A DNA stretch of 33,551 bases from IMG/VR virus record IMGVR_UViG_3300020042_004008, positions 1 through 33,551 of that record, one strand, 5' to 3'. How positions within the stretch are numbered: position 1 is the first letter of the stretch; every line of letters begins with the position of its first letter. Both the position numbers and the translations under genes were made by a program. Positions 1 to 7,348 of the stretch are shown here, piece by piece. This stretch comes from a virus. Taxonomy: Duplodnaviria; Caudoviricetes. The notes beneath the pieces are model-generated. The model was not told the origin of the DNA and made no database searches. It saw only the letters and a program-made list of their open reading frames with translations.

Positions 1-121
1 CCATTCGAGGTATCTATACAACCAAAGAATTTACCTTTTAATGGCTTTTTACCAACTAACAAAAGATTTCAATAATGGCAGAGGTACTACTTATAACAAG
101 AGCAGACTTAGTTAAATACAC
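1..121. repeat. Terminal direct repeat (assembly overlap), left copy
   Basis: 1-121 is identical to 33431-33551 and cuts through the portal 3' end and the start of the 75..578 ORF, so the contig is circular and complete. Confidence 0.97.
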
Positions 122-578
122 AGCAGTAAATGGTAATGTAGATACTGATAAATTCATTCAATTTATTAAGATTGCACAAGACATTCACATACAAAACTAT
201 TTAGGAACTTTGCTACTTGAAAAAATCAAAACTGAGGTAGAAGCAAATACTTTAGCGAATCCTTATTTAGACTTAGTAAACGATCACGTAAAGTGGATGC
301 TAATACATTGGGCTATGGTTGAATATTTACCTTTTAGTGCTTATACAATAGCTAACAAAGGAGTTTACAAACACGGAAGCGAGAACGCAGAAAACGTTAG
401 TAAAATTGAGGTAGATTTTTTAATTGAGAAGCAAAGAGATTTAGCACAACATTACACACAGAGATTTTTAGATTTTATGTGCGCTAACTCTACGGATTTT
501 CCTGAGTACAACCAAGCAACAAATAATGGTGAAGTTAGTCCAAGTTCAGATAATTTTTTAGGAGGATGGGTAATATAA
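75..578 (+). CDS. Putative head-tail adaptor / virion structural protein
   Basis: 167 aa, coupled to the portal stop (TAATG) across the circular junction; function inferred from size and position. Confidence 0.55.
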   Translation: MAEVLLITRADLVKYTAVNGNVDTDKFIQFIKIAQDIHIQNYLGTLLLEKIKTEVEANTLANPYLDLVNDHVKWMLIHWAMVEYLPFSAYTIANKGVYKHGSENAENVSKIEVDFLIEKQRDLAQHYTQRFLDFMCANSTDFPEYNQATNNGEVSPSSDNFLGGWVI

Positions 579-685
579 AAAAGTACAAGCCAAAACAAGA
601 CAATATTGTCAAATTAGAGTTATATTTAAAGAAGATAGAAAATGGCAGAGAAAAGGATAAGCGAGTTAACAGCAAAGGGAAGTAA
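566..685 (+). CDS. Small basic hypothetical protein (39 aa, MGNIKKYKPKQ...)
   Basis: Not in the ORF track; translated by hand; overlaps both neighbours and fills the gap. Confidence 0.4.
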   Translation: MGNIKKYKPKQDNIVKLELYLKKIENGREKDKRVNSKGK

Positions 686-1319
686 CTTACAAAGTACAGA
701 TTTAATTGAAGTTTCAGTAGATGCTGGTGGTGGATTGTACAATACAAGGTACATTACAGGTGCACAGATTACAGGCGCAGTAAGTAGTGCTAACTTTGCA
801 AATACAAATTTAACACTTACAAGTAGTAGAACACACGATGGAGATGGTTATAGTATTACATTTGATGATGTTTTAGCATTTAGAATAAACTCAAAGGTAG
901 GTATTAATTCAGCACCTAATGCTGGTGCAAGGTTTTATGTAAGTGCGGGTACAGGTTTATATGCTGGATATTTTGATGCTTCAGATGAAATAGGAGTTTA
1001 TGCAGTATCTTCAAGTAATAGAGCAGTTTATGCTTTATCTTCAACTTTTACAGCAGTAGAAGGTATATCAACAACAGGGAGAGGAGGGCATTTTAAATCT
1101 TCAGGTACTTACTCTTTATGGTCACAGTCAATGGATGCAACAAACAAACAGTCTATATTATCAAATGGATTATGTGACTTTAAAAACTACGCAGATACTA
1201 TAACTATATTGCAATTAAAAGATAGTGGTAGAGTAAATATGCCATCACTACCTACATCATCCGTTGGATTAGCTGCTGGTGATTTATGGAATGATTCAGG
1301 AACAATAAAAATAGCATAA
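642..1319 (+). CDS. Putative tail fibre / receptor-binding protein
   Basis: N-terminal KRISELT anchor-type motif, G/S/T-rich beta-repeat middle (GVYAVSS, AVYALSS, AVEGIST), C-terminal GDLWND. Confidence 0.6.
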   Translation: MAEKRISELTAKGSNLQSTDLIEVSVDAGGGLYNTRYITGAQITGAVSSANFANTNLTLTSSRTHDGDGYSITFDDVLAFRINSKVGINSAPNAGARFYVSAGTGLYAGYFDASDEIGVYAVSSSNRAVYALSSTFTAVEGISTTGRGGHFKSSGTYSLWSQSMDATNKQSILSNGLCDFKNYADTITILQLKDSGRVNMPSLPTSSVGLAAGDLWNDSGTIKIA

Positions 1320-1320
1320 A

Positions 1321-1578
1321 ATGATAGAAGTTGTAAACGCTGAAAAGCAAGTAAAAATAAGTAGGGTGTTTGAATCGTTAAGAGCATCTGAAAGTAAAGA
1401 ATCGTTAAGAGTAGGTTACTACGAAGTAACTGAAATTGATGATGTAGAGGTGTCAAGAGAATTGAAAGAGTATAACAGAGATTATGCTTTTTGGAAGTCT
1501 TCAGAATTAGGTTTAGCTATCTTAGGCATGGTTAACTTAGATTTAGCACAAAACGATCCATCTACACCACGTTCATAA
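1321..1578 (+). CDS. Hypothetical protein (possible fibre-associated chaperone)
   Basis: 85 aa acidic ORF directly after the fibre gene. Confidence 0.55.
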   Translation: MIEVVNAEKQVKISRVFESLRASESKESLRVGYYEVTEIDDVEVSRELKEYNRDYAFWKSSELGLAILGMVNLDLAQNDPSTPRS

Positions 1579-1757
1579 TGGAAATTGAGTTAACGCAAGC
1601 AAGCCAAGAGAGGCTAAGAGTATTGATGACTGAAAAAGTATTAATAGAGCAAAGAATAAACGATATTATTTATACTATTTGCGACTACAACGCAGTAGAT
1701 ATAAATAGTAATATCACTTTAGATAAAGAAATAACTAAATTAATTATTAATGGCTAA
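1578..1757 (+). CDS. Hypothetical protein (59 aa, MEIELTQASQ...)
   Basis: Not in the ORF track; TAATG coupling to the upstream stop; fills the gap up to 1750. Confidence 0.65.
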   Translation: MEIELTQASQERLRVLMTEKVLIEQRINDIIYTICDYNAVDINSNITLDKEITKLIING

Positions 1758-1953
1758 TTCCATAGGTTGGGGTAAAGTTAATACATCCATAGGATGGGGA
1801 GAAACAGCAGCAGAATCACTACGTGCAACTGAAGATGGAGCAATACGCTTTACTGAAGACACATTTAATAGAGTTACTGAGGGTGTTGATGCGAGTGGAT
1901 GGGGTGAATGTTACAACCAATCATGGACAGGCGAAACAGAATTAGAAGCATGA
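1750..1953 (+). CDS. Small virion-associated protein with IGWG and RxTEDG repeats
   Basis: SIGWG twice plus SGWG; RATEDG/RFTEDT/RVTEG motif shared with the 21391 protein. Confidence 0.6.
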   Translation: MANSIGWGKVNTSIGWGETAAESLRATEDGAIRFTEDTFNRVTEGVDASGWGECYNQSWTGETELEA

Positions 1954-2165
1954 AACTAATTGACAGAATAAAATCTAAGACCTCGAAAAAAAACAGAGTA
2001 TCAGGTCAAGTAAAAACAACAGTAGGTGCAGTATTGGGAGCAATAGCACTAAGCGGTTTAGTTGTAAATCCTATTGGGATATTAGCACTAACAATCGGTG
2101 GAATCATTTGTGGTGTTTCTGCTTCAAAGAATGCGTTAAAAGTTGAAGATACTGAGGAAAAATGA
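1950..2165 (+). CDS. Putative holin (two hydrophobic segments)
   Basis: Start moved to ATG 1950 (ATGA overlap); basic N-terminus, two transmembrane-like segments, upstream of the endolysin. Confidence 0.6.
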   Translation: MKLIDRIKSKTSKKNRVSGQVKTTVGAVLGAIALSGLVVNPIGILALTIGGIICGVSASKNALKVEDTEEK

Positions 2166-2431
2166 GTATAGACGAGCAAAACGATGTAAAGAAACAAATG
2201 CGTACTGAGTATTTGATAAAAGATACAGTTAAGGGTTCAATCCTGGCAATAGGTTTGTACGTTCTTTGGGGTGCTTATATGGAGCAGAACAAGTATATTA
2301 TTACTGAGGTTGAAAGTTTGCGTAAGCAAGTGGTTGACTGCAATAGCGAAAAGAATAATAGAATCCAGCAAGGTATTGATTACATTATTAAACAAGTAGA
2401 TTATGTTAACGACAGAACAATTAAACGCTAA
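2162..2431 (+). CDS. Membrane-anchored coiled-coil lysis-module protein (holin/antiholin-like)
   Basis: One transmembrane segment ([15 protein letters not shown]) then a coiled coil; overlaps the endolysin start. Confidence 0.5.
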   Translation: MSIDEQNDVKKQMRTEYLIKDTVKGSILAIGLYVLWGAYMEQNKYIITEVESLRKQVVDCNSEKNNRIQQGIDYIIKQVDYVNDRTIKR

Positions 2432-2861
2432 GTACGGGGTTGCGAATCCAAACGGCACAGGATACTTAAAAACTATAACTCTACCTTATCCATTTATTTA
2501 CGATGGGCAAAAGGTAACTAAAATGAGATGCAACATTAAAGTAGCTGATAAATTCTTAGCAGTATTCAATGAGATTTTAGCAGTTTACGGAATCGAGAAA
2601 ATACAAGAGTTAGGAATAAATAAGTATGGCGGTTGTTTTAATTTTCGTTTAATGCGTGGCGGTACAAAGTTAAGCAGACATTCGTGGGGTGTTGCAATTG
2701 ATTTGGATCCACAAAGAAACCAACTTAAAGAAACAAGTAAGACAGCAAGATTTGCAAGACCTGAATACAAGGCTATGATTGACATTTTTTACAAGCATGG
2801 ATTTATTTCTTTAGGTAGAGAAAAGAATATGGATTGGATGCATTTCGAGATAGGTAGTTGA
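2403..2861 (+). CDS. Endolysin, M15 family zinc peptidase (L-Ala-D-Glu peptidase-like)
   Basis: R...[10 protein letters not shown] and DWMHFE motifs match the M15 Zn-ligand pattern SxHxxGxAxD...DxxH. Confidence 0.88.
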   Translation: MLTTEQLNAKYGVANPNGTGYLKTITLPYPFIYDGQKVTKMRCNIKVADKFLAVFNEILAVYGIEKIQELGINKYGGCFNFRLMRGGTKLSRHSWGVAIDLDPQRNQLKETSKTARFARPEYKAMIDIFYKHGFISLGREKNMDWMHFEIGS

Positions 2862-2903
2862 TAATCAATATTTTAAGTATTATAAAATAATAACCTAAAT
2901 GCA

Positions 2904-2933
2904 TTGTTAAATTGATTATTTTTACTATATTTG
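2904..2933 (+). promoter_or_regulatory. Bacteroidota primary-sigma promoter for the HNH gene
   Basis: TATATTTG (TAnnTTTG, -7 box) at 2926-2933 with TTG at 2904-2906. Confidence 0.6.
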
Positions 2934-2948
2934 TATAAAAATATAAGT

Positions 2949-3458
2949 ATGGAAAATTATAAACAATCTAATTATTTACCAATAGGGTATTTAATAAATG
3001 AATTTGGTGAAATTATTTCGCCTAAAGGTAAGGTATTGAAACAAGCTATTTCAAATAGTGGCTATAAGTTTTTAAATATAAAGAACAAAGGTTATTTTGT
3101 ACACAGGGCTTTAGCTTTTTGCTTTATAAATAATATTGATTCTAAACTAAATCAAATAAACCATAAAGATGGGAATAAATTAAATAATAGTTTAGATAAT
3201 TTAGAGTGGTGTACTAAAAGTCATAATATGAAACATATGTATGATATCGGTTTAAAGAAATATAAACCTTTACATTATAAAAATATGTTTGGTGTGGACC
3301 ACAATAGAAGTAAAAAAGTAAGGTGTATTGAAAGTGGTATTATTTATGAATCAATGAGTGAAGCTGGCAGAAAATTAAAAATAAGTTATTCATCTGTATC
3401 ATGGTCCATAAAAAATAAAAGACCTATTTTCGGGATGCACTTTGAAATAGCAGAATAA
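2949..3458 (+). CDS. HNH homing endonuclease (HNH_3 plus NUMOD1-like C-terminal DNA-binding domain)
   Basis: VHR...INHKDGNKLNNSLDNLEWCT..N motif and YESMSEAGRKL helix; ATG 2949 preferred over TTG 2931, which lies in the promoter. Confidence 0.9.
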   Translation: MENYKQSNYLPIGYLINEFGEIISPKGKVLKQAISNSGYKFLNIKNKGYFVHRALAFCFINNIDSKLNQINHKDGNKLNNSLDNLEWCTKSHNMKHMYDIGLKKYKPLHYKNMFGVDHNRSKKVRCIESGIIYESMSEAGRKLKISYSSVSWSIKNKRPIFGMHFEIAE

Positions 3459-3473
3459 TTACTATATTTGCAA
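3454..3473 (+). promoter_or_regulatory. Bacteroidota -7 promoter box in a 20-bp repeat
   Basis: AATAATTACTATATTTGCAA, identical to 10965-10984. Confidence 0.65.
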
Positions 3474-3501
3474 TTCTAAATTTTTAATTTTGATTACGAT
3501 T

Positions 3502-3534
3502 AAGTCCTGAGCAAACGAGTTCAGGACTTTTTTT
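3502..3534 (+). terminator. Intrinsic terminator
   Basis: AAGTCCTGA...TCAGGACTT stem followed by a T-run. Confidence 0.8.
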
Positions 3535-3611
3535 ATTTAGAATGATTCTATATTAGCGAAAAAATTTGGTAGTTACAAAAAAAGTACTACTTTTGAATCG
3601 TAATTAAAATA
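3535..3611 (+). promoter_or_regulatory. Early promoter 1 with upstream palindromic operator
   Basis: Palindrome TAGAAT-G-ATTCTA 3538-3550; TTTG 3565-3568, 19-bp spacer, TACTTTTG 3588-3595; then CGTAATTAAAA. Confidence 0.75.
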
Positions 3612-3618
3612 TAAAGAT

Positions 3619-3861
3619 ATGAGTTTCTTCACAGAACAAAGAGAAAAACAAGCGGATATTGTAAACGTTTACATTCATCCAAGCGAGAAAAAGTATTCAC
3701 TTTTAATGATGGCACAGAAAGCTGAGGAATTAGCTAAACGTCACAAGTTTTTTATTAATCACCCAAAGTTACCACAAGATGTAAGCGAGTGGCACGAACA
3801 ACGTGCTAAGTTGAATTTAGAGATTGGCGCAAGGTTAAGAGGTTATTATAATAAATTGTAA
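3619..3861 (+). CDS. Hypothetical early protein
   Basis: 80 aa ORF directly after the promoter. Confidence 0.7.
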   Translation: MSFFTEQREKQADIVNVYIHPSEKKYSLLMMAQKAEELAKRHKFFINHPKLPQDVSEWHEQRAKLNLEIGARLRGYYNKL

Positions 3862-3864
3862 GTT

Positions 3865-4278
3865 ATGAAAGCATTTAAAGTAAACAATCTAATTACCCCT
3901 TACAAAGCACACGCATTTATTGAGGCACAAGGTAACGAGGAGTTAATCAAAGAACACGTAACGTATGATATTAATTCGACTCAATGGATGGTAGAAGATG
4001 GTGTTTTATCTTTTACGTGGGATGTAAACGATGAGGAGGTAGAACACCAGTACAAAATGGAGGTTGAAACGGAAAACGAATTTGAAACCACAGTAGACTA
4101 TTACAACTGTGATACGCAAGACGTTTCTAGCTACATAGCCTCATTCTGTTGCATTAAAATTGGAAAGTTAACGTATTACTCCATTGAACAGCTAAAAGCC
4201 GATTTAGGTAAGGAAATATGTAATAAAATTAAAGACTACATTGATAGTCAAGTTGAAAACGCAAATGATGAGTTATGA
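3865..4278 (+). CDS. Hypothetical acidic early protein
   Basis: 137 aa, D/E-rich, tightly packed in the operon. Confidence 0.7.
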   Translation: MKAFKVNNLITPYKAHAFIEAQGNEELIKEHVTYDINSTQWMVEDGVLSFTWDVNDEEVEHQYKMEVETENEFETTVDYYNCDTQDVSSYIASFCCIKIGKLTYYSIEQLKADLGKEICNKIKDYIDSQVENANDEL

Positions 4279-4469
4279 ACGCAAATAGACTAAGAAAGAA
4301 AAACAAGGTAAACGGGTTGAATCCGACCTTTAGAAACAAGATGAACTATATCGCAATGGTTGATCAACGATGTAATTTTAAGCATTGTGCAAGCGTTGTT
4401 AATTGGAAACCTTATACTTTGATTGCTTATAGTGGATGGTTGCCAAGAGTTAACAATGAGGTTGATTAG
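4275..4469 (+). CDS. Hypothetical protein
   Basis: 64 aa, ATGA overlap with the upstream gene. Confidence 0.55.
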   Translation: MNANRLRKKNKVNGLNPTFRNKMNYIAMVDQRCNFKHCASVVNWKPYTLIAYSGWLPRVNNEVD

Positions 4470-4473
4470 AATG

Positions 4474-4506
4474 TGTTATGTTTCCGTTTCAATGGAACAT
4501 AACGGA
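4474..4506 (+). repeat. 33-bp direct repeat copy 1 (empty hairpin unit)
   Basis: TGTTATGTTTCCGTTTCAATGGAACATAACGGA, identical to 4941-4973. Confidence 0.95.
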
Positions 4507-4542
4507 GCGTAAGTAGGCGAAGGTTTTACAAATTTTTGAGCG

Positions 4543-4923
4543 ATGGCATACATAAATAAAGAAACAAGAGAAAAAGTTTGGAATAAGTACGATAAACGAT
4601 GTGCTTATTGTGGTACTGAATTAGAGTATAAGCAGTTGCAAGTTGACCATATTGAAGCACATTGGCATAATTGCGAGGAAAATAATTCATACGGAGTTAC
4701 CAAGGGTAAACATGAGTTAGAAAACTTTAATCCAAGTTGTGCGAGATGTAACAGGTGGAAAGGAACTTTTACTATTGAAGGATTTAGAAACGAGATACAG
4801 CAACAGCTTATACGACTTAAAAGAGATAGTTCAAATTATAGAATGGCACTTGATTACAAAATGATTGAAGAAAGCAATAAGCCCATTAAGTTCTTCTTTG
4901 AGCGATGGGAAGAAAATTTATAA
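4543..4923 (+). CDS. HNH endonuclease (zinc-binding McrA-like fold), cassette cargo
   Basis: CAYC...QVDHI...H...N..PSCARCN..K motif. Confidence 0.88.
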   Translation: MAYINKETREKVWNKYDKRCAYCGTELEYKQLQVDHIEAHWHNCEENNSYGVTKGKHELENFNPSCARCNRWKGTFTIEGFRNEIQQQLIRLKRDSSNYRMALDYKMIEESNKPIKFFFERWEENL

Positions 4924-4940
4924 AACTTTTGCTTACTTGC

Positions 4941-4973
4941 TGTTATGTTTCCGTTTCAATGGAACATAACGGA
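4941..4973 (+). repeat. 33-bp direct repeat copy 2
   Basis: Identical to 4474-4506. Confidence 0.95.
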
Positions 4974-5015
4974 ACGCAAGTAGGCATCCGTTTTAATGGT
5001 GCTTACTTGCTGTTA
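4967..5015 (+). repeat. attC-like hairpin (empty)
   Basis: TAACGG..GCAAGTAGGCA(T)CC-GTTTTAAT-GGTGCTTACTTGC-TGTTA. Confidence 0.8.
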
Positions 5016-5060
5016 TAGTCTGGTAGCGACTTTAAAGAATAAATTTAATTAGAACGAAAA

Positions 5061-5483
5061 ATGGAAAAAGAAATAAAAAAAGCGTTGGAAGAAATAAATC
5101 TAAAATTAGATAAAATTCAAGTCCAAAATAAATTAATTAGTATTAGAACTAAAGATGTTTTTAATTTTTATGAAGCGTGTATATTTTTGGAATTATCAAA
5201 CTCACATTTATATAAAATGACAAGTTCAAAACAAATACCTTATTACAAACCAACAGGTAAGAAATTGTATTTTAAAAGAACGGAGCTAATAGAATGGTTG
5301 CTTAGAAATAAATCTGAGCCAACAAATAAGGAATCTTTACAAGTTGAACCAATCGGAAATTCTGAACAGTTTAAAAAAAGTAAAGTAAATTTAAAATTCA
5401 TTTCAAAAAAAGATACCAAAGTATTGAATTTACAAGACATACAACGTAAAAAAATTATTTCAAAAATATTAGATAGAAAGTGA
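5061..5483 (+). CDS. Excisionase-like / MerR-type HTH_17 DNA-binding protein, cassette cargo
   Basis: FNFYEACIFLELSNSHLYKMTSSKQIPYYKP.GKKLYFKRTELIEWL matches the HTH_17 pattern; alternative in-frame TTG at 5085. Confidence 0.8.
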   Translation: MEKEIKKALEEINLKLDKIQVQNKLISIRTKDVFNFYEACIFLELSNSHLYKMTSSKQIPYYKPTGKKLYFKRTELIEWLLRNKSEPTNKESLQVEPIGNSEQFKKSKVNLKFISKKDTKVLNLQDIQRKKIISKILDRK

Positions 5484-5672
5484 GTGGAATTTTGAAAACC
5501 TATAAAGAATTAATTATCAACACTTTAATTTTCAAAGTGGAATTTTGGAATTTTAATAATTCCACTCAACACTTTACACCTAAAGTATCAAGTGTAAAGT
5601 GTAGTGCGATGGCTTTTTATTTCTTTTTCATACGATAAACAGTATTGGAACGAGAAACTAAGCTATCGACTA

Positions 5673-5733
5673 TAACGGTTGCGGCTATACGTCAGGTTTT
5701 GTTTTTCACAAAACTTGCGTATAGGTGGTGTTA
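5673..5733 (+). repeat. attC-like hairpin (empty)
   Basis: TAACGG..CTATACG(T)CAGGTTTTGT-loop-ACAAAACTTGCGTATAG..TGTTA. Confidence 0.8.
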
Positions 5734-5801
5734 CCTGCTGGTGCGGTTATTTTAGGATAAACTTTAATACGAAGAACGAAAGAAAAGAATTAAAAAAAGC
5801 G

Positions 5802-6434
5802 ATGGAAAATTTAGAAGTAAAACAAATTGATTATAAAACTGCTATGAATGTTATTCTTGAAAAACATTACTTACATAGAAAATGCCCTTGTTCTATTGCT
5901 TTTGGCTTGTTTAAAGAAAATGAATTAGTCGGAGTTATCGTATTTGGCAAACCATCATCCTATACATTATGTGAAGGGATTGCAGGTAAGGATGAAAGTA
6001 AAAACGTAATAGAATTTAATAGATTATGGGTTTGCGATACGATGCCTAAAAACACAGAAAGTTGGTTTACTTCAAGAGCAATAAAGCAATGCACATTTGA
6101 AATTATTGTATCATTTGCAGATACGGAACAAGGACATATTGGCTATATTTACCAAGCAACTAATTGGCTTTATTGTGGTGAAAGTAAAAAGCAAAGATAT
6201 TTTAGGATTAAAGATAATTCAAATAACGAAGGCGGAACAGAATACAGGAGAAGGGAACGAATGCCAAAAGCAAAAATAATAGAGCTATATGGAGAAGAAT
6301 ATGTTGAAGAATATTACAGCAGTTTGAAACATAGATACATTTACTTTAACGCTGATAAACGAAGAAAAAATGAGTTACTTAAAAAACTAAAATATGCAAT
6401 ATTACCTTATCCTAAAAGTGCGGTGGCTTTTTAA
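5802..6434 (+). CDS. Mom-like (GNAT-fold) DNA modification protein, cassette cargo
   Basis: HYLH, EFNRLW, NTESWF, SFAD...GHIGYIYQATNW motifs; true start likely ATG 5802, since the tracked 5679 extension runs through the hairpin. Confidence 0.72.
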   Translation: MENLEVKQIDYKTAMNVILEKHYLHRKCPCSIAFGLFKENELVGVIVFGKPSSYTLCEGIAGKDESKNVIEFNRLWVCDTMPKNTESWFTSRAIKQCTFEIIVSFADTEQGHIGYIYQATNWLYCGESKKQRYFRIKDNSNNEGGTEYRRRERMPKAKIIELYGEEYVEEYYSSLKHRYIYFNADKRRKNELLKKLKYAILPYPKSAVAF

Positions 6435-6485
6435 TTCTTTTCTAACGAAAATGTTAAATCGAAGAACGGATGTAGCACTTGCAGG

Positions 6486-6533
6486 TAACGGCTGCGTATA
6501 GGCGGTCGTTTTAATGCCGCCTATACGTTGTCA
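6486..6533 (+). repeat. attC-like hairpin (empty)
   Basis: TAACGG..CGTATAGGCGG(T)C-GTTTTAAT-GCCGCCTATACG-TTGTCA. Confidence 0.8.
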
Positions 6534-6607
6534 TAAGCTGGCTGCGGTTAATTAACAACTAAACTCAAATCGAAGCACTAAACAAAAGAATTAAAAAAAA
6601 AGAAGGG

Positions 6608-7348
6608 ATGGAAATAAATAAAATATATAACGAGAATTGCCTTGATACGATGGCTAAAATGCCTGATAAGTTTGTGGACTTAGTAGTTACTTCACCACCT
6701 TACAATATGCGAACAAGGATAAGGAACGGACAATACACCACAAGAGAGAAAAGCGAACATTTTAGCAAGAAGTATAAGCATTTTGACGATGCCTTACCGA
6801 TAAATGATTTTTACGAATTTCATAGCAGCGTATTGACTGAACTATTGAGAGTATCGAAAATTGTTTGTTATAACTTTCAAATAGTAACAGGAAGCAAGGA
6901 AGCGTTTTTTAAAATCATTGGCGACTTTAACAAGGATATTAAGGATATTATCATTTGGGATAAAGGAAGCGGACAGCCTGCAATGCACGGAATGGTTTTA
7001 AATAGCTGCTATGAAATGGTATTGATATTAGAAGATGATAAAAGAGCAGGCAGAGCAATACAAAACGCTAAATTCAAAAGAGGTGAAATGAATAATATTT
7101 TGAGAATTGGCAGAGGCAAGAAAGTATCTGATGTTCACGGTGCAATTTTCCCTGAACAACTACCATTTGATTTGATAAACGCTTTTTCAGAAAAAGAAGC
7201 ATTGATTTACGACCCTTTTATGGGAAGCGGAACGACTGGATTAGTAGCAAGTAAATTAGGTAGAAAATATATTGGAAGTGAAATAACAGAAGAATATTGT
7301 AAAATAGCTGAAACTCGTATTAAAGAGTGCGGTGGGCTTTTTTTTTAA
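6608..7348 (+). CDS. DNA amino-methyltransferase (N4-C/N6-A, beta class), cassette cargo
   Basis: Catalytic TSPPY precedes the SAM-binding DPFMGSGTT; HGAIFP. Confidence 0.92.
   Translation: MEINKIYNENCLDTMAKMPDKFVDLVVTSPPYNMRTRIRNGQYTTREKSEHFSKKYKHFDDALPINDFYEFHSSVLTELLRVSKIVCYNFQIVTGSKEAFFKIIGDFNKDIKDIIIWDKGSGQPAMHGMVLNSCYEMVLILEDDKRAGRAIQNAKFKRGEMNNILRIGRGKKVSDVHGAIFPEQLPFDLINAFSEKEALIYDPFMGSGTTGLVASKLGRKYIGSEITEEYCKIAETRIKECGGLFF

Noticed and set aside
1-121. Terminal repeat as a biological direct terminal repeat
   Set aside because: An exact 121-bp overlap cutting through coding sequence is typical of assembler k-mer circularisation. It supports completeness, not a packaging mechanism.
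2862-3458. Group I intron in the endolysin gene
   Set aside because: The endolysin has an intact terminus and stop before the insert, and the insert is almost all promoter plus HNH ORF, leaving no room for a ribozyme core.
4451-4478. TAAC(4451)...GTTA(4475) as an additional array unit
   Set aside because: There is no convincing internal stem or TAACGG context and it lies mostly in a CDS. It may be a degenerate boundary site but cannot be supported.
4474-4973. 33-bp palindromic repeat as a CRISPR array
   Set aside because: There are only two copies, separated by 434 bp containing a gene, with no 30-40-bp spacers and no cas genes.
5061-5483. Lysogeny module implied by the excisionase-like gene
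   Set aside because: No integrase, CI-like repressor or divergent promoter pair is visible anywhere in the circular genome.
5679-5801. 41-aa N-terminal extension of the Mom-like ORF
   Set aside because: It starts at TTG inside a hairpin and translates repeat arms. ATG 5802 matches the start motif of the other cassettes.
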